Part shown: positions 1 to 9,122 of the stretch, piece by piece
Numbering within the stretch: the stretch's first letter is position 1
How the letters are laid out: each line of letters opens with the position of its first letter
Source of the DNA: a virus
Direction: 5' to 3' (one strand)
IMG/VR virus record: IMGVR_UViG_3300028920_000005
Span: 1-64,000 of that record
Length of the DNA stretch: 64,000 bases
The notes under the pieces: generated by a model
Seen by the model: only the letters and a program-made list of their open reading frames with translations
The model's database searches: none
What the model was told of the DNA's origin: nothing
Program-made: the position numbers and the translations under genes

Positions 1-6
1 ATTCAA

Positions 7-600
7 TCACTCCACTATATGATAAACTCCAAGATTAGGATTCTTGTAGGCATACTTCGCCGGCTCCTCCACCTCCTCACCCCTGGCCACTCTCACAGCC
101 ACCTCAGCCCATATCTCAGCCAACGGCGGAGCTTGGGCAGTAATCACCTTACCGTCAATAACAACAGTCCTCATATCCAATATAGCGCCAGCCCTCTTCA
201 GCGGCCCCTTCACACTATGACTATCATAACACGTAACCCTCTTCCCCTCCACAATGTCCACTAATATCGGCACTGTTGCGCAAATAGCCGCCACCACCTT
301 CTCTACACCATACATCCCCTTAATAATGTCCCTAGCCCGACTATCCTCTGTCAATATTCTTTTCCTCTTGGGCTCACCAGACGTAGCAAAGACAATATCG
401 TACTTCTGCGTCCAATTACCCTCCTCCCACACATCACTTATCACCCCACTCAACTCAACAGCAACACTCATATCTTCGGCCCAGATCTCTTTCTTCAGGG
501 CTCTAATATCATAATCCACGCCCTCCCTCTTCAAGACCTTAGTCACGGCCCTTAACTCCACAACATTGAAAATATCAGTAGGCATTATCAAAGCTCTCAA
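7..600 (-). CDS. DJ-1/PfpI family (class I glutamine amidotransferase-like) protein
   Basis: 197 aa. Blocks YDIVFATSG, VVAAICATVPILV (nucleophile-elbow Cys), GKRVTCY and VVIDGKVITAQAP occur in the order typical of DJ-1/PfpI. TTG start shortly after GGGGTGA. Confidence 0.6.
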   Translation of the reverse strand: MRALIMPTDIFNVVELRAVTKVLKREGVDYDIRALKKEIWAEDMSVAVELSGVISDVWEEGNWTQKYDIVFATSGEPKRKRILTEDSRARDIIKGMYGVEKVVAAICATVPILVDIVEGKRVTCYDSHSVKGPLKRAGAILDMRTVVIDGKVITAQAPPLAEIWAEVAVRVARGEEVEEPAKYAYKNPNLGVYHIVE

Positions 601-617
601 TCATTCACCCCATTCAT

Positions 618-887
618 TTAAGCATAACCTTTCGGAAAGTCCTTACCATCACTCCACAACCCAACACTAGTCTCCCCAAACAAATCCTCCTCCTTTATCA
701 ACACACCACCATTAAATCTATACAGAACCTCACAGTTACTGCATTGGTACCTATCGCCCGGCGCCCTCCAAAACAGAGTGTGCCCACATTCAGGACAAGT
801 GCAATCATTCAAAACACCTATATCATCTCCAATAAGAAATCTCTTATGACCTCTTAACCAGTTCATTTTATCTTCAGGTATTGGCAT
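618..887 (-). CDS. zinc-ribbon protein
   Basis: 89 aa with CTCPECGH...CSNCEV (two CxxC pairs); purine-rich sense strand. Confidence 0.55.
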   Translation of the reverse strand: MPIPEDKMNWLRGHKRFLIGDDIGVLNDCTCPECGHTLFWRAPGDRYQCSNCEVLYRFNGGVLIKEEDLFGETSVGLWSDGKDFPKGYA

Positions 888-973
888 TTACTTATCCTCC
901 ATTGAGCACACTCTTACCCTATCGTCTTACTCCTATCGCCTTACTCCTATCGCCTTACTCCTTTCCCTTTTCT

Positions 974-1375
974 CTAAATCTCGCCCTCATCCACCTTCTT
1001 CTTGGGCTTCGAGGGGCCCCATGCCTCCTCTTCCCAATCAGGGATCTCCTTTCCATCTCTATCGATATCCAGTCTCTTAAAGTACAGAACATCATTCCTC
1101 ACGACCACCGCTACCGGCATTCTGTGCTTCTTTGCATAGCCCCTCACTGTCATGGCTAAGCTACTAGCGTCCCGGCTAAACTCCTTATTGAACTCCTCCT
1201 CCGGTATCTTAGCCATATACATATCCGTCTCTATGAACGCCTTCAACAGGGGATAACTAACCGTCCCCTGCATCTTTCGCTCAGTAGCGACGACTTCGTC
1301 TTCTTTTACCGCTTCAAACTTCACCATAGGTTCACTCCCATAGTTATCTCGCGTGAAATTCCCAAATATACTCAC
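974..1375 (-). CDS. hypothetical protein
   Basis: 133 aa; stop-start overlap with the upstream gene (1372-1375); purine-rich sense strand; no motif recognised. Confidence 0.5.
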   Translation of the reverse strand: MSIFGNFTRDNYGSEPMVKFEAVKEDEVVATERKMQGTVSYPLLKAFIETDMYMAKIPEEEFNKEFSRDASSLAMTVRGYAKKHRMPVAVVVRNDVLYFKRLDIDRDGKEIPDWEEEAWGPSKPKKKVDEGEI

Positions 1376-2148
1376 TGATACGCTTTCTTATATTCCTCAC
1401 TCTCCCCACCCTTCACCCTCTTATCCATCTTCACAACACCAACACTCATCCCAGTCAATTCTTCCAAACGTTTCTGAATCAAAGCCTCTTTCTCATCATC
1501 GCTAATGTCCATTTCACAAACATCTCTAACCACAACCCTAGCAGCTTGTTGCAACGCATCCTCATCCACACCCTCACACCCCTTACTCCCACACTCCTTA
1601 CTCTCACACTCACACTTCCCACTTAACTTATCCCATACCAATTTAATCGAATCCAACACCATAGGGATCTTCTCCACTGGCACAGCATCATCTTTCAATA
1701 CACCAATGACCTTCTCACAAGTTGTCATCAGTGCGTCAAACCTTGACTCCTCCATCTCAATCTGACACAATCTCAAACTTTCCCTCACCTCCACCAACTC
1801 ATCCACACTCTCCAACATCTTGTCTGGCTGCTCTGTATAAAATATTAACTGAGCTTCTAACCTCAGCTTCTCCACCTCCCCCAATAACACATCCAGCCAA
1901 ACCGACTTTTCATAACACCTCCTAACATGTGCCTCCACCTCCCCCATCCTCTCCATCAATAACTTGTAAGATTTCTTCGGGTCATCATCATCAATGTTTT
2001 GAACAACATCCCTTATACTCTCCCACAATCGCTCAATTTCCTCCTTCTCAACACCCCTATCCCTCAACTCCTTCATCATGCTCAATAACTTATTGAACCC
2101 TTTCAAATGTCTATCGCCCACGTTCATATGCATACGTTCATTCCTCAT
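1372..2148 (-). CDS. hypothetical helical protein with Cys-rich patch
   Basis: 258 aa; start overlaps the upstream stop by 1 nt at 2148; CECESKECGSKGCEG patch; no family recognised. Confidence 0.55.
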   Translation of the reverse strand: MRNERMHMNVGDRHLKGFNKLLSMMKELRDRGVEKEEIERLWESIRDVVQNIDDDDPKKSYKLLMERMGEVEAHVRRCYEKSVWLDVLLGEVEKLRLEAQLIFYTEQPDKMLESVDELVEVRESLRLCQIEMEESRFDALMTTCEKVIGVLKDDAVPVEKIPMVLDSIKLVWDKLSGKCECESKECGSKGCEGVDEDALQQAARVVVRDVCEMDISDDEKEALIQKRLEELTGMSVGVVKMDKRVKGGESEEYKKAYQ

Positions 2149-2702
2149 TATAACACCCTCATAGGCCCACGACCTTTTAGTTTCCTACCAACCTTCTTTT
2201 TCACAATCTCCAAATCTCTATCATCATACAACCCTATCATCACATTATATTCCGCCTGCACCACACTCCTTAACAACGCCCTATCCTTCTTATAATACCC
2301 CACATAACTCTTCGGCGCGCCCCTCTCCTCCATATGTCGTACCTTCATCTCAGTAACATTATCAAACGTAACTAACTCCCTCAACTTCTTCCTTCTTGCC
2401 CTCAACATCGGATCCACTTCACCATCCATAATGTAGGCACTCCACTTCTCCTTCATCCACCCCAACAGCTCCGTCTCCTCTCTACCCCTCCACTTAATAG
2501 TAACACTCTTAGTTACCTCCTTCCCATCCACCTCCTCTCTATCTGCATACAGCTCCACTCTCTGATCATTATCAAACCATGCCATGGCCGCGAAGCCTGC
2601 AAACTTTAAGTCCTTTTCCTTATTCCTCCGCTCCTTAAACTCCTCCTTCAGAGCGTGATACTCCTCACCAGTAAAGAACCAACTAATCATCAACCCTGCC
2701 AT
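2148..2702 (-). CDS. hypothetical protein
   Basis: 184 aa, operon-packed; no motif recognised. Confidence 0.5.
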   Translation of the reverse strand: MAGLMISWFFTGEEYHALKEEFKERRNKEKDLKFAGFAAMAWFDNDQRVELYADREEVDGKEVTKSVTIKWRGREETELLGWMKEKWSAYIMDGEVDPMLRARRKKLRELVTFDNVTEMKVRHMEERGAPKSYVGYYKKDRALLRSVVQAEYNVMIGLYDDRDLEIVKKKVGRKLKGRGPMRVL

Positions 2703-2862
2703 TAATCACACGCTCCAATACTTCACCTACATCCCTCACAATATAAATATCCAAACTCCCACACACAGGACACAACCTACTCTCTTCAGGCAACTCAATA
2801 TACACCCCACACTCCGGACACCTAAACCACATCACCCAGACAGGTGGAAATTCCTCCATCAT
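2683..2862 (-). CDS. zinc-ribbon mini-protein (59 aa, below the ORF-track cutoff)
   Basis: Hand translation gives MMEEFPPVWVMWFRCPECGVYIELPEESRLCPVCGSLDIYIV... with CPEC and CPVC pairs. The ATG overlaps the upstream stop (ATGA). Confidence 0.5.
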   Translation of the reverse strand: MMEEFPPVWVMWFRCPECGVYIELPEESRLCPVCGSLDIYIVRDVGEVLERVINGRVDD

Positions 2863-2990
2863 TCCACCTTTGATTTAAAAAAGGTTAACGTATTCCTACA
2901 TATCGGACAAAATCTACTGTTCATCTTCAACATGAAATTCACATTACATTTGTCACAATAAAAAGGCCCTATACTCATTGCTTCAATCAT
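2859..2990 (-). CDS. zinc-ribbon mini-protein (43 aa, below the ORF-track cutoff)
   Basis: Hand translation gives MIEAMSIGPFYCDKCNVNFMLKMNSRFCPICRNTLTFFKSKVE. GGAGGAG lies about 9 nt upstream. CDKC and CPIC pairs. Confidence 0.5.
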   Translation of the reverse strand: MIEAMSIGPFYCDKCNVNFMLKMNSRFCPICRNTLTFFKSKVE

Positions 2991-3053
2991 CCGAACAACT
3001 CCTCCAGCCCTGCATTCATTTGTTCCTCATTCACTTACATCCCTACCTTTATC

Positions 3054-3641
3054 TCACTCCCCAGTTTCCCTTTTCCTCAAATACTCTACCACCGCCTTCT
3101 CAGCCATCATTCCGCCAATCGTCATTACTCTGGGCGCCACCCCCCAATTGTTGACATTCGCCTCAGTCTCCATATCCCCAACTATCCACCCACACATAGT
3201 CCTCCTCACCTTTATCTCACTCCCCACCCCTCCAGTCCCATTACACCCAACCCACATAACTTCCCGCGCATCCAACATCTTCCAAATATCTCTCTTCATA
3301 CCAGCACCATCCACCGCCTCAATCACAACATCGGTCTCATCCCATCTTATCAAGGGAGCGACCTGCTGTATTTTCCTCGCAATCGCCACCCACTCAATCT
3401 CCTCATCAATCCCCTCAAGCAACACGCCAGTCGCTTCCACCTTACCCCAACCAATTTGATTCCTCATGAATGCCTGATTCCTCAGATTCTTCTTCTCCAC
3501 CTTATCGGGATCAATTAAGATAAACCTCTTCACTCCTATCCTCCCCAATGCCACAGTCACATGACTCCCAATACTCCCACACCCAATTACCACAACCTTC
3601 ATCTGTTTTACAGAGTCCTTATCCTCATAACTGAACTTCAA
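3054..3641 (-). CDS. ThiF/MoeB/E1-like adenylyltransferase (compact, 195 aa)
   Basis: VVVIGCGSIGSHVTVALGRIGVKRFILIDPDKVEKKNLRNQ matches the E1 Rossmann signature GxGxxG...D.D.V...NL.RQ. Later blocks DVVIEAVD and GVAPRVMTIGGMMAEKAVVEYL match the E1 adenylation-domain layout. Confidence 0.7.
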   Translation of the reverse strand: MKFSYEDKDSVKQMKVVVIGCGSIGSHVTVALGRIGVKRFILIDPDKVEKKNLRNQAFMRNQIGWGKVEATGVLLEGIDEEIEWVAIARKIQQVAPLIRWDETDVVIEAVDGAGMKRDIWKMLDAREVMWVGCNGTGGVGSEIKVRRTMCGWIVGDMETEANVNNWGVAPRVMTIGGMMAEKAVVEYLRKRETGE

Positions 3642-3645
3642 ACTC

Positions 3646-4917
3646 TTACCTCCTTAATCTTACCATCTCAGTCGATTTAAGTGGACCATTCGCTCTCGCA
3701 ACATCCATAACCTCGTTAACCAACTCTTCAAACGACGCCCCACACCCCGGACAATACTTCCAATTAATGGAATGCACGCCCTTCCTAAAACCGTGACATG
3801 TATTCCGCACATTAGTTAAATCCATGCCACATCTGCAAGACTCAATGTATGATGGCGTCAACCACCTATCAATCTCTTCAACATCCATCCTCAACAAGTT
3901 AAGTAAATTTAATGCCGCATCACTATTAACAAGCACATGATACGGCTCATAACTTCTGCCATCTACCGTCAAATCAAATTTATACAACTCTTCATCATTA
4001 TAAATACATATAAGCTTTATCAAACCATACCTACTCGACAACACTTCCCCCTTAACCTCACCCAACATCTTCTCCACCTTCTCCTTCACACTCCCCAACT
4101 TCTCACTCTCCATCCTCACCCTCTCCGCATTATACGACTTAGCATAAATCTTAACCTGTCGCCTAACCCCTCTCTTAATTTTTCTAATCTCATTAATTCC
4201 TCCCAACCACTCTGACTCCACTCTATAAAGCAATACCTTACTATGCCCCCAACTCCCACGACCATACCAACAAACATCATACACGCCCACCCTCGGCCGC
4301 TCAATACCAACCCTCGCCCCAATCCCCTTCAACACATTCCTCTCCAACCATTTAAACTCTCTCTTCATATGTCTTAAGAATTCACCTTCATTCCAAGTCC
4401 AATGCTTACGTTCATCCTTCAACCAATCTGCCGCAAGCTCCGTCAACTTAACTTCCACCTCACCCTCCCACTCCTCACTCTCCCTCCTCAACATCAATCC
4501 ACTAACCATTAACTTTGTCAAAACACTCTTACCACCCCTACTCCCAACACCCTGCAATTTCGACATCACTACCTTCTCCAATACCCATCTTTCCTCGCCC
4601 CCTAACCTATTCACAATCTCCAACACCTTCCAACCATTACTCCTCCACGAAGGCCCATGCGCATAACTATTAACTTTACCTAAACTCGTAACCTCCAATC
4701 CAACATCTAACATTCTCCAAACATCTTCGCAAAGACTTTCAACAATCTCTCTACGCTCTAAATTCTTCATCGCGGGCTTAATTGCCTTCACCCCACACCC
4801 ACTCATCCCCTTCAACTCTTCCAAAGTTCTAATGTACCCAATCCCAGTATCCGCATCCCCTTCTCTCATACAATCCAAAATCATCTTCTGACTACGCGAC
4901 ACCGTTTCCCGCATCAC
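3646..4917 (-). CDS. wHTH / C-terminal zinc-ribbon protein, paralogue A
   Basis: 423 aa. N-terminal winged-helix-like segments. C-terminal CRC...WKYCPGCGASFEEL shared with the neighbouring paralogue. Confidence 0.6.
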   Translation of the reverse strand: MMRETVSRSQKMILDCMREGDADTGIGYIRTLEELKGMSGCGVKAIKPAMKNLERREIVESLCEDVWRMLDVGLEVTSLGKVNSYAHGPSWRSNGWKVLEIVNRLGGEERWVLEKVVMSKLQGVGSRGGKSVLTKLMVSGLMLRRESEEWEGEVEVKLTELAADWLKDERKHWTWNEGEFLRHMKREFKWLERNVLKGIGARVGIERPRVGVYDVCWYGRGSWGHSKVLLYRVESEWLGGINEIRKIKRGVRRQVKIYAKSYNAERVRMESEKLGSVKEKVEKMLGEVKGEVLSSRYGLIKLICIYNDEELYKFDLTVDGRSYEPYHVLVNSDAALNLLNLLRMDVEEIDRWLTPSYIESCRCGMDLTNVRNTCHGFRKGVHSINWKYCPGCGASFEELVNEVMDVARANGPLKSTEMVRLRR

Positions 4918-6154
4918 TACTACCTCCCTTAATGATCCTAGCCTTCTCCAATACCTTATCCTCCATCTCTTTTATATTGGCCCCACACACTGGGCAATAC
5001 TTCCACTTCACGTTATCATATAACAATCCACCAAAGTTCGTCTTACAACTCATGCACTCTCTCAGTTGCGCCCTACTCAATAACCTCTCTACGTGATCGC
5101 CCTCTCTATTCAACCACATTAACTTCGACAACCAATTATCATACCGACTAACTCTCTGCGCCGGCACAATACAGATCCTCCTTCCATTTAATTCAAACCA
5201 TGCATTATCCACCCCACCCTTCAACTCCAACACCCCGAACACGGTCTTCATACTATTAACATAATTCGGATTATCCAAATAACTTTCAGCCATCATCGCG
5301 GCCTTCTTATACTCCTCTGACACATTCTCAGTGCGCCTCTCCGCCGCAAACCGATTGCCAGTCTCCTGCACAAACTTCCGCTTATAACTCTGCAACCGGC
5401 TCTGACTATTTAACTCATCCACCTTAATATCCATTTGCCTCGTGCCAACGCCCCTCGTATATCTTACCCTCAATACCTCCACCTCATCACCCATTGGCAC
5501 TATCTCATGCGATATGTACTCTTCAAACTTCTGAACGTAACTCACGAACCTCTCCACATAATCAATATTATCCTCAGCGCCTACCAACTTCTTCACCATC
5601 GCTTTGCCGAAATCAGTTATCTTAAACTCTTTCACCTGCAACTCTTCATTATCCCTCATATCAAGATACCCACTTGCCACCATCTTCGCTATAACTGAAT
5701 TGCTCTCTCTGCCACTGGGACACAACACTGGTCCAGGGATCCACCTCCCCTCTTCTTTAGCCTTCTTCAGTAACTCTGAACTCGAAGTATTAGGTCCAGG
5801 CCGACTCGTATACGCATTAACCATCGACCAAACAGATTCATTGTCACTCATCTTCGTAACAACAAACTTCAACTCTCCCTTCTTTACCATCTCCCTTGTT
5901 TCCTTAGTCACACGATAATAAGCCACCTCTCCGCCGTCGTTAAGGATACTCATGTTAACGTGACCCCTCTCTCTGAGGTTATTCATCTGACCATTAACTC
6001 TCTTCGTATAAGACGCCTGCCAACTTTCCCAACGCCTCTCCTCCTCTGTAGCAACCTCCAATGCCATCTCATGGGCATTATACGCAAGGTCAGAGTGCTC
6101 TATCAATAAATCTAATACGTTCTTCTGTATCCTTCCTACATATTCAGTCTTCAT
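4892..6154 (-). CDS. wHTH / C-terminal zinc-ribbon protein, paralogue B
   Basis: 420 aa. Same architecture as 3646..4917 with C-terminal CMSC...WKYCPVCGANIKEM. 26-nt overlap with paralogue A. Confidence 0.6.
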   Translation of the reverse strand: MKTEYVGRIQKNVLDLLIEHSDLAYNAHEMALEVATEEERRWESWQASYTKRVNGQMNNLRERGHVNMSILNDGGEVAYYRVTKETREMVKKGELKFVVTKMSDNESVWSMVNAYTSRPGPNTSSSELLKKAKEEGRWIPGPVLCPSGRESNSVIAKMVASGYLDMRDNEELQVKEFKITDFGKAMVKKLVGAEDNIDYVERFVSYVQKFEEYISHEIVPMGDEVEVLRVRYTRGVGTRQMDIKVDELNSQSRLQSYKRKFVQETGNRFAAERRTENVSEEYKKAAMMAESYLDNPNYVNSMKTVFGVLELKGGVDNAWFELNGRRICIVPAQRVSRYDNWLSKLMWLNREGDHVERLLSRAQLRECMSCKTNFGGLLYDNVKWKYCPVCGANIKEMEDKVLEKARIIKGGSSDAGNGVA

Positions 6155-6278
6155 TACAACTACCCCTTATACTACCTACAGTGAGCACACACTCATGTCA
6201 AAAATCAAAGGACGGTCGCTCAGGGGACAGAAGTCGCCCTTCATTACGACCGCCACAGGCAAGCCAACTTAAGCTCGC

Positions 6279-6494
6279 TCACCCGCCAGTCTGATCAGCG
6301 ATCAGGTCCAATGTCACGACTTCGGCCGCAAGTTTTCCACCCTGCTCATAGCTGGTTACGGGCACACCAGCAGCATCCAGCGCCACTAGGTAATACCCTT
6401 CCCTCTCCAGCTCTTGGGCCCTCTCTAAGGCCTGCAGGGGTTCCAACTCACACTCCGAATGTCCTGATTCATCTTGGACTCTCACAAGTGTCAT
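6279..6494 (-). CDS. small protein ending in Gly-Gly; candidate ThiS/MoaD/SAMP-like ubiquitin-like carrier
   Basis: 71 aa. Strong SD (AAAGGAGGTGAACC-ATG). Ends ...LIADQTGG-stop. Size and YYLVALDAAGVPV...VVTLDLI pattern resemble ThiS-type beta-grasp proteins. Visibly more GC-rich than the flanks. Confidence 0.4.
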   Translation of the reverse strand: MTLVRVQDESGHSECELEPLQALERAQELEREGYYLVALDAAGVPVTSYEQGGKLAAEVVTLDLIADQTGG

Positions 6495-6659
6495 GGTTCA
6501 CCTCCTTTGTGTTGTTGTTCTCTGTGTTAGTATTTAGCGTCATCATTCCTGCATCATAATCATTGAAACTTCACAAGAGTGCACAACTCAGATATCCTCG
6601 TATGTATATATAAAATGTTCGGACTGTTGGTTAGCACGCTCAGCCTCTCAGTTCTCTAT

Positions 6660-6980
6660 TCAATAATCACCATTCCTGTTCCCATTCTCCTCCACTTCGA
6701 TAGCAAATCGCTTATGCGACATCCTCACATACACGACCTTAACATCGAAGTCCGTCTCTTCGCATTCCGTCAAATCCGGCACAATTACGTTAACTAATTG
6801 CTGCACGTCCTTCTTCCTCCCCCTCAATATCAGTGCAACGTTGCAATACCAATCATCCGGTATCCTCGAATCATCACCATTGCGTTTCGCTGCTACCGCT
6901 GCTTCGTGCTCCCAATCAAATGCCGTAATTTCTTTCTCAACATCGTTCTCTGTTTCTTCAATACCAATTTCTTTATCCAT
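6660..6980 (-). CDS. hypothetical acidic protein
   Basis: 106 aa; GGAGGTG 7 nt upstream of the ATG at 6980. Confidence 0.55.
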   Translation of the reverse strand: MDKEIGIEETENDVEKEITAFDWEHEAAVAAKRNGDDSRIPDDWYCNVALILRGRKKDVQQLVNVIVPDLTECEETDFDVKVVYVRMSHKRFAIEVEENGNRNGDY

Positions 6981-7582
6981 TCTCTACACCTCCATTTCCA
7001 TTCCCAAACCATTTCATCCCATTCTCTATCAATCTTCAGTCGACGTATATCTCGATCCAACATAGGCACGCCAGTGTACCCCTCACACCACATGAATTCA
7101 AAGTCATGGTTCGCCGGTGGATTCATACTTCCTGTAACATGCCACTCCTTATTCTCCTCCGCCATGTAACAACTAATCATGTTCCTTCTTTGCAATATCG
7201 TTATATGAGCCTTCATCACATCCCACTGCTCGGCCGTATTAATCCTAAATATGTCAACTAACCTTATAACTGGGAACGTGGCCCAATCATAATCCCTCAA
7301 CATCCCCCACATCTTATTAATCTCATAATCAGTATGTACGAATGTCGCCCTAGTCATATCCACGGGCACAAGTTCTCCTCTCTTCATCTCATACTTATCT
7401 ACTCGGTCAACGTACGCTACATCATAACTCTCCCCATCACTCTCCAACCCCACCCCTTCAAAAATTTCCTCGATCACATCAGCCTTCGGCCTCATAGCTC
7501 CGGGCCCAGACTTCTTTTGCCTGGCGCTATGCCTAGCGGCGTAGAAAGCCGTCTCTGATGCATTCCTCGGATTATATCCCAT
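6893..7582 (-). CDS. hypothetical protein
   Basis: 229 aa, Trp-rich; the 3' end overlaps the next gene by 88 nt. Confidence 0.5.
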   Translation of the reverse strand: MGYNPRNASETAFYAARHSARQKKSGPGAMRPKADVIEEIFEGVGLESDGESYDVAYVDRVDKYEMKRGELVPVDMTRATFVHTDYEINKMWGMLRDYDWATFPVIRLVDIFRINTAEQWDVMKAHITILQRRNMISCYMAEENKEWHVTGSMNPPANHDFEFMWCEGYTGVPMLDRDIRRLKIDREWDEMVWEWKWRCREWIKKLVLKKQRTMLRKKLRHLIGSTKQR

Positions 7583-7613
7583 AGTGCTTACTCCTTCAGT
7601 GCTTCGTCCTTTA

Positions 7614-7826
7614 TCATTTCACCTCTAACAGTCTACCATTCCGCCTCCTCAGCGGCCTCCTATGTAGGCCGTTACCTTCAGTCTTACAAATATGACATCT
7701 GAAACTCTTCCCAGTGTAATACACACCACTGTCCCCTCTCTCTATCGATATCATTTCGTAATACACTGGTTCATAATCAGGGATATGTCTCCCACACGCC
7801 CCACAAGCTATCCCCTTCATAACCAT
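7614..7826 (-). CDS. zinc-ribbon protein
   Basis: 70 aa with CGACGRH...CHICKTEG. Confidence 0.5.
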   Translation of the reverse strand: MVMKGIACGACGRHIPDYEPVYYEMISIERGDSGVYYTGKSFRCHICKTEGNGLHRRPLRRRNGRLLEVK

Positions 7827-8089
7827 CCCAACACGTCAAGGATCCTACCTTCAATGTTCTCTAACTCATCGATCAACCAATTCCGATCCAAATACTGATC
7901 CTCCTCCGTCACCATCTTTCGAAGGTTACTCATATCTTTTTCTATTATCTTCTTCCAGACAACCTTGGTCTCATCCTCCGGTAACCTATCTCTCATTTCT
8001 TCAAAAGTACTCACACCGTAGTACTCCATCAGCCGATCCATTTGCCTCACATTCAATTCATTTATTTCCATAATCTTATCTCCTACCAT
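7817..8089 (-). CDS. hypothetical protein
   Basis: 90 aa, operon-packed, purine-rich sense strand. Confidence 0.45.
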   Translation of the reverse strand: MVGDKIMEINELNVRQMDRLMEYYGVSTFEEMRDRLPEDETKVVWKKIIEKDMSNLRKMVTEEDQYLDRNWLIDELENIEGRILDVLGWL

Positions 8090-8319
8090 ACTTTAACATA
8101 CTCTCCATGCTCCCCCGTAAAATCCGTTATCGTCCCCACCTCACAAATCCACCCATCGCCCACCGCTAAATCAATCACAATAACCACACCCACATACGGC
8201 GGCCATGCTACTCTCACAAACAAACAATCATCAATCTCAAGTACACCATCGCCCACACCCTCACACATCGGTCCTTCTGACCTCCCCCACATCCCCACAT
8301 CCGCACGTCGTTGTTTCAT
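8083..8319 (-). CDS. hypothetical protein
   Basis: 78 aa, operon-packed. Confidence 0.4.
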   Translation of the reverse strand: MKQRRADVGMWGRSEGPMCEGVGDGVLEIDDCLFVRVAWPPYVGVVIVIDLAVGDGWICEVGTITDFTGEHGEYVKVW

Positions 8320-8323
8320 AATT

Positions 8324-8524
8324 TCACTTCCTCAGTTCCTCAATCAACATTTCTTTGAACACTGACACAGTCGCTCTGATGAGCAACCCAATCTCCTTCT
8401 CCCATTCCACCTCCTCATCCCATTCCACCTCCCCCACATCCCAAACGATATCCTCCATATCCTCATCCCAGATTATTGCCCTTCTTAGTTCAGCAAAATT
8501 CACTCTCTCACCTTTAATTCCCAT
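8324..8524 (-). CDS. hypothetical acidic protein
   Basis: 66 aa, W/E-rich. Confidence 0.4.
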   Translation of the reverse strand: MGIKGERVNFAELRRAIIWDEDMEDIVWDVGEVEWDEEVEWEKEIGLLIRATVSVFKEMLIEELRK

Positions 8525-8732
8525 CTCCCAACATCTTCGTAAACGTCTCTTCCATCCCCATCATAAACTTTTCCAACTCATTCCGCCGTGCTATCCAAAT
8601 TCTTCTCTCCTCACTTCTTATCGCTTCGTTCTCCAGTATCTCAAACACCTTCTCTCTGAACTTCGCATTCAAATCCAAAAATCGGAATGAGTGCGGGTAA
8701 TCACTTTTCATTCCCAACATCATCTGATACAT
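8514..8732 (-). CDS. hypothetical protein
   Basis: 72 aa, operon-packed. Confidence 0.4.
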   Translation of the reverse strand: MYQMMLGMKSDYPHSFRFLDLNAKFREKVFEILENEAIRSEERRIWIARRNELEKFMMGMEETFTKMLGDGN

Positions 8733-8747
8733 CTTATCACTCCTTAA

Positions 8748-8876
8748 TTATATCGCCCTCGGTTCAAGATCATCTTCAGTAAGTCCAATCGGACAGTGCC
8801 CAGTATAGGGCGCACTGCAACGCTCACAGTACCTCGGGTAGTCTCTACACTTCTCACGTTTCTCCTTCTCATTCAT
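8748..8876 (-). CDS. Cys-rich mini-protein (42 aa, below the ORF-track cutoff)
   Basis: Hand translation gives MNEKEKREKCRDYPRYCERCSAPYTGHCPIGLTEDDLEPRAI. GGAGGTG lies 7 nt upstream of the ATG. Confidence 0.5.
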   Translation of the reverse strand: MNEKEKREKCRDYPRYCERCSAPYTGHCPIGLTEDDLEPRAI

Positions 8877-9122
8877 TCCAATCCACCTCCAATACAAATC
8901 ATTCTTAATCTTCACCCTTGGTAGGCGAGGGAACCCTTCAATTCAGATTCCCCCGCTCTACGGGTTCGGTCATTAAGTCGGCCGACAGACGTAAGGCTTT
9001 CCAGGTAGCCTCTCACCTTCAATACAGCATGTCGATCTCTGATCAACACACTTGCTTCCGTGCTGCTCACAGGCAGTCACTGGCAGTCACTTATCTGGTG
9101 CGTATGGTACACAGGCCCTATC

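Noticed and set aside
7-600. DJ-1/PfpI protein as the dedicated deconjugating protease of the putative Ubl system
   Set aside because: The genes are 5.7 kb apart with many unrelated genes between them. The Ubl already ends in GG and needs no processing. DJ-1/PfpI proteins have many other roles. I mention the idea only as a possibility.
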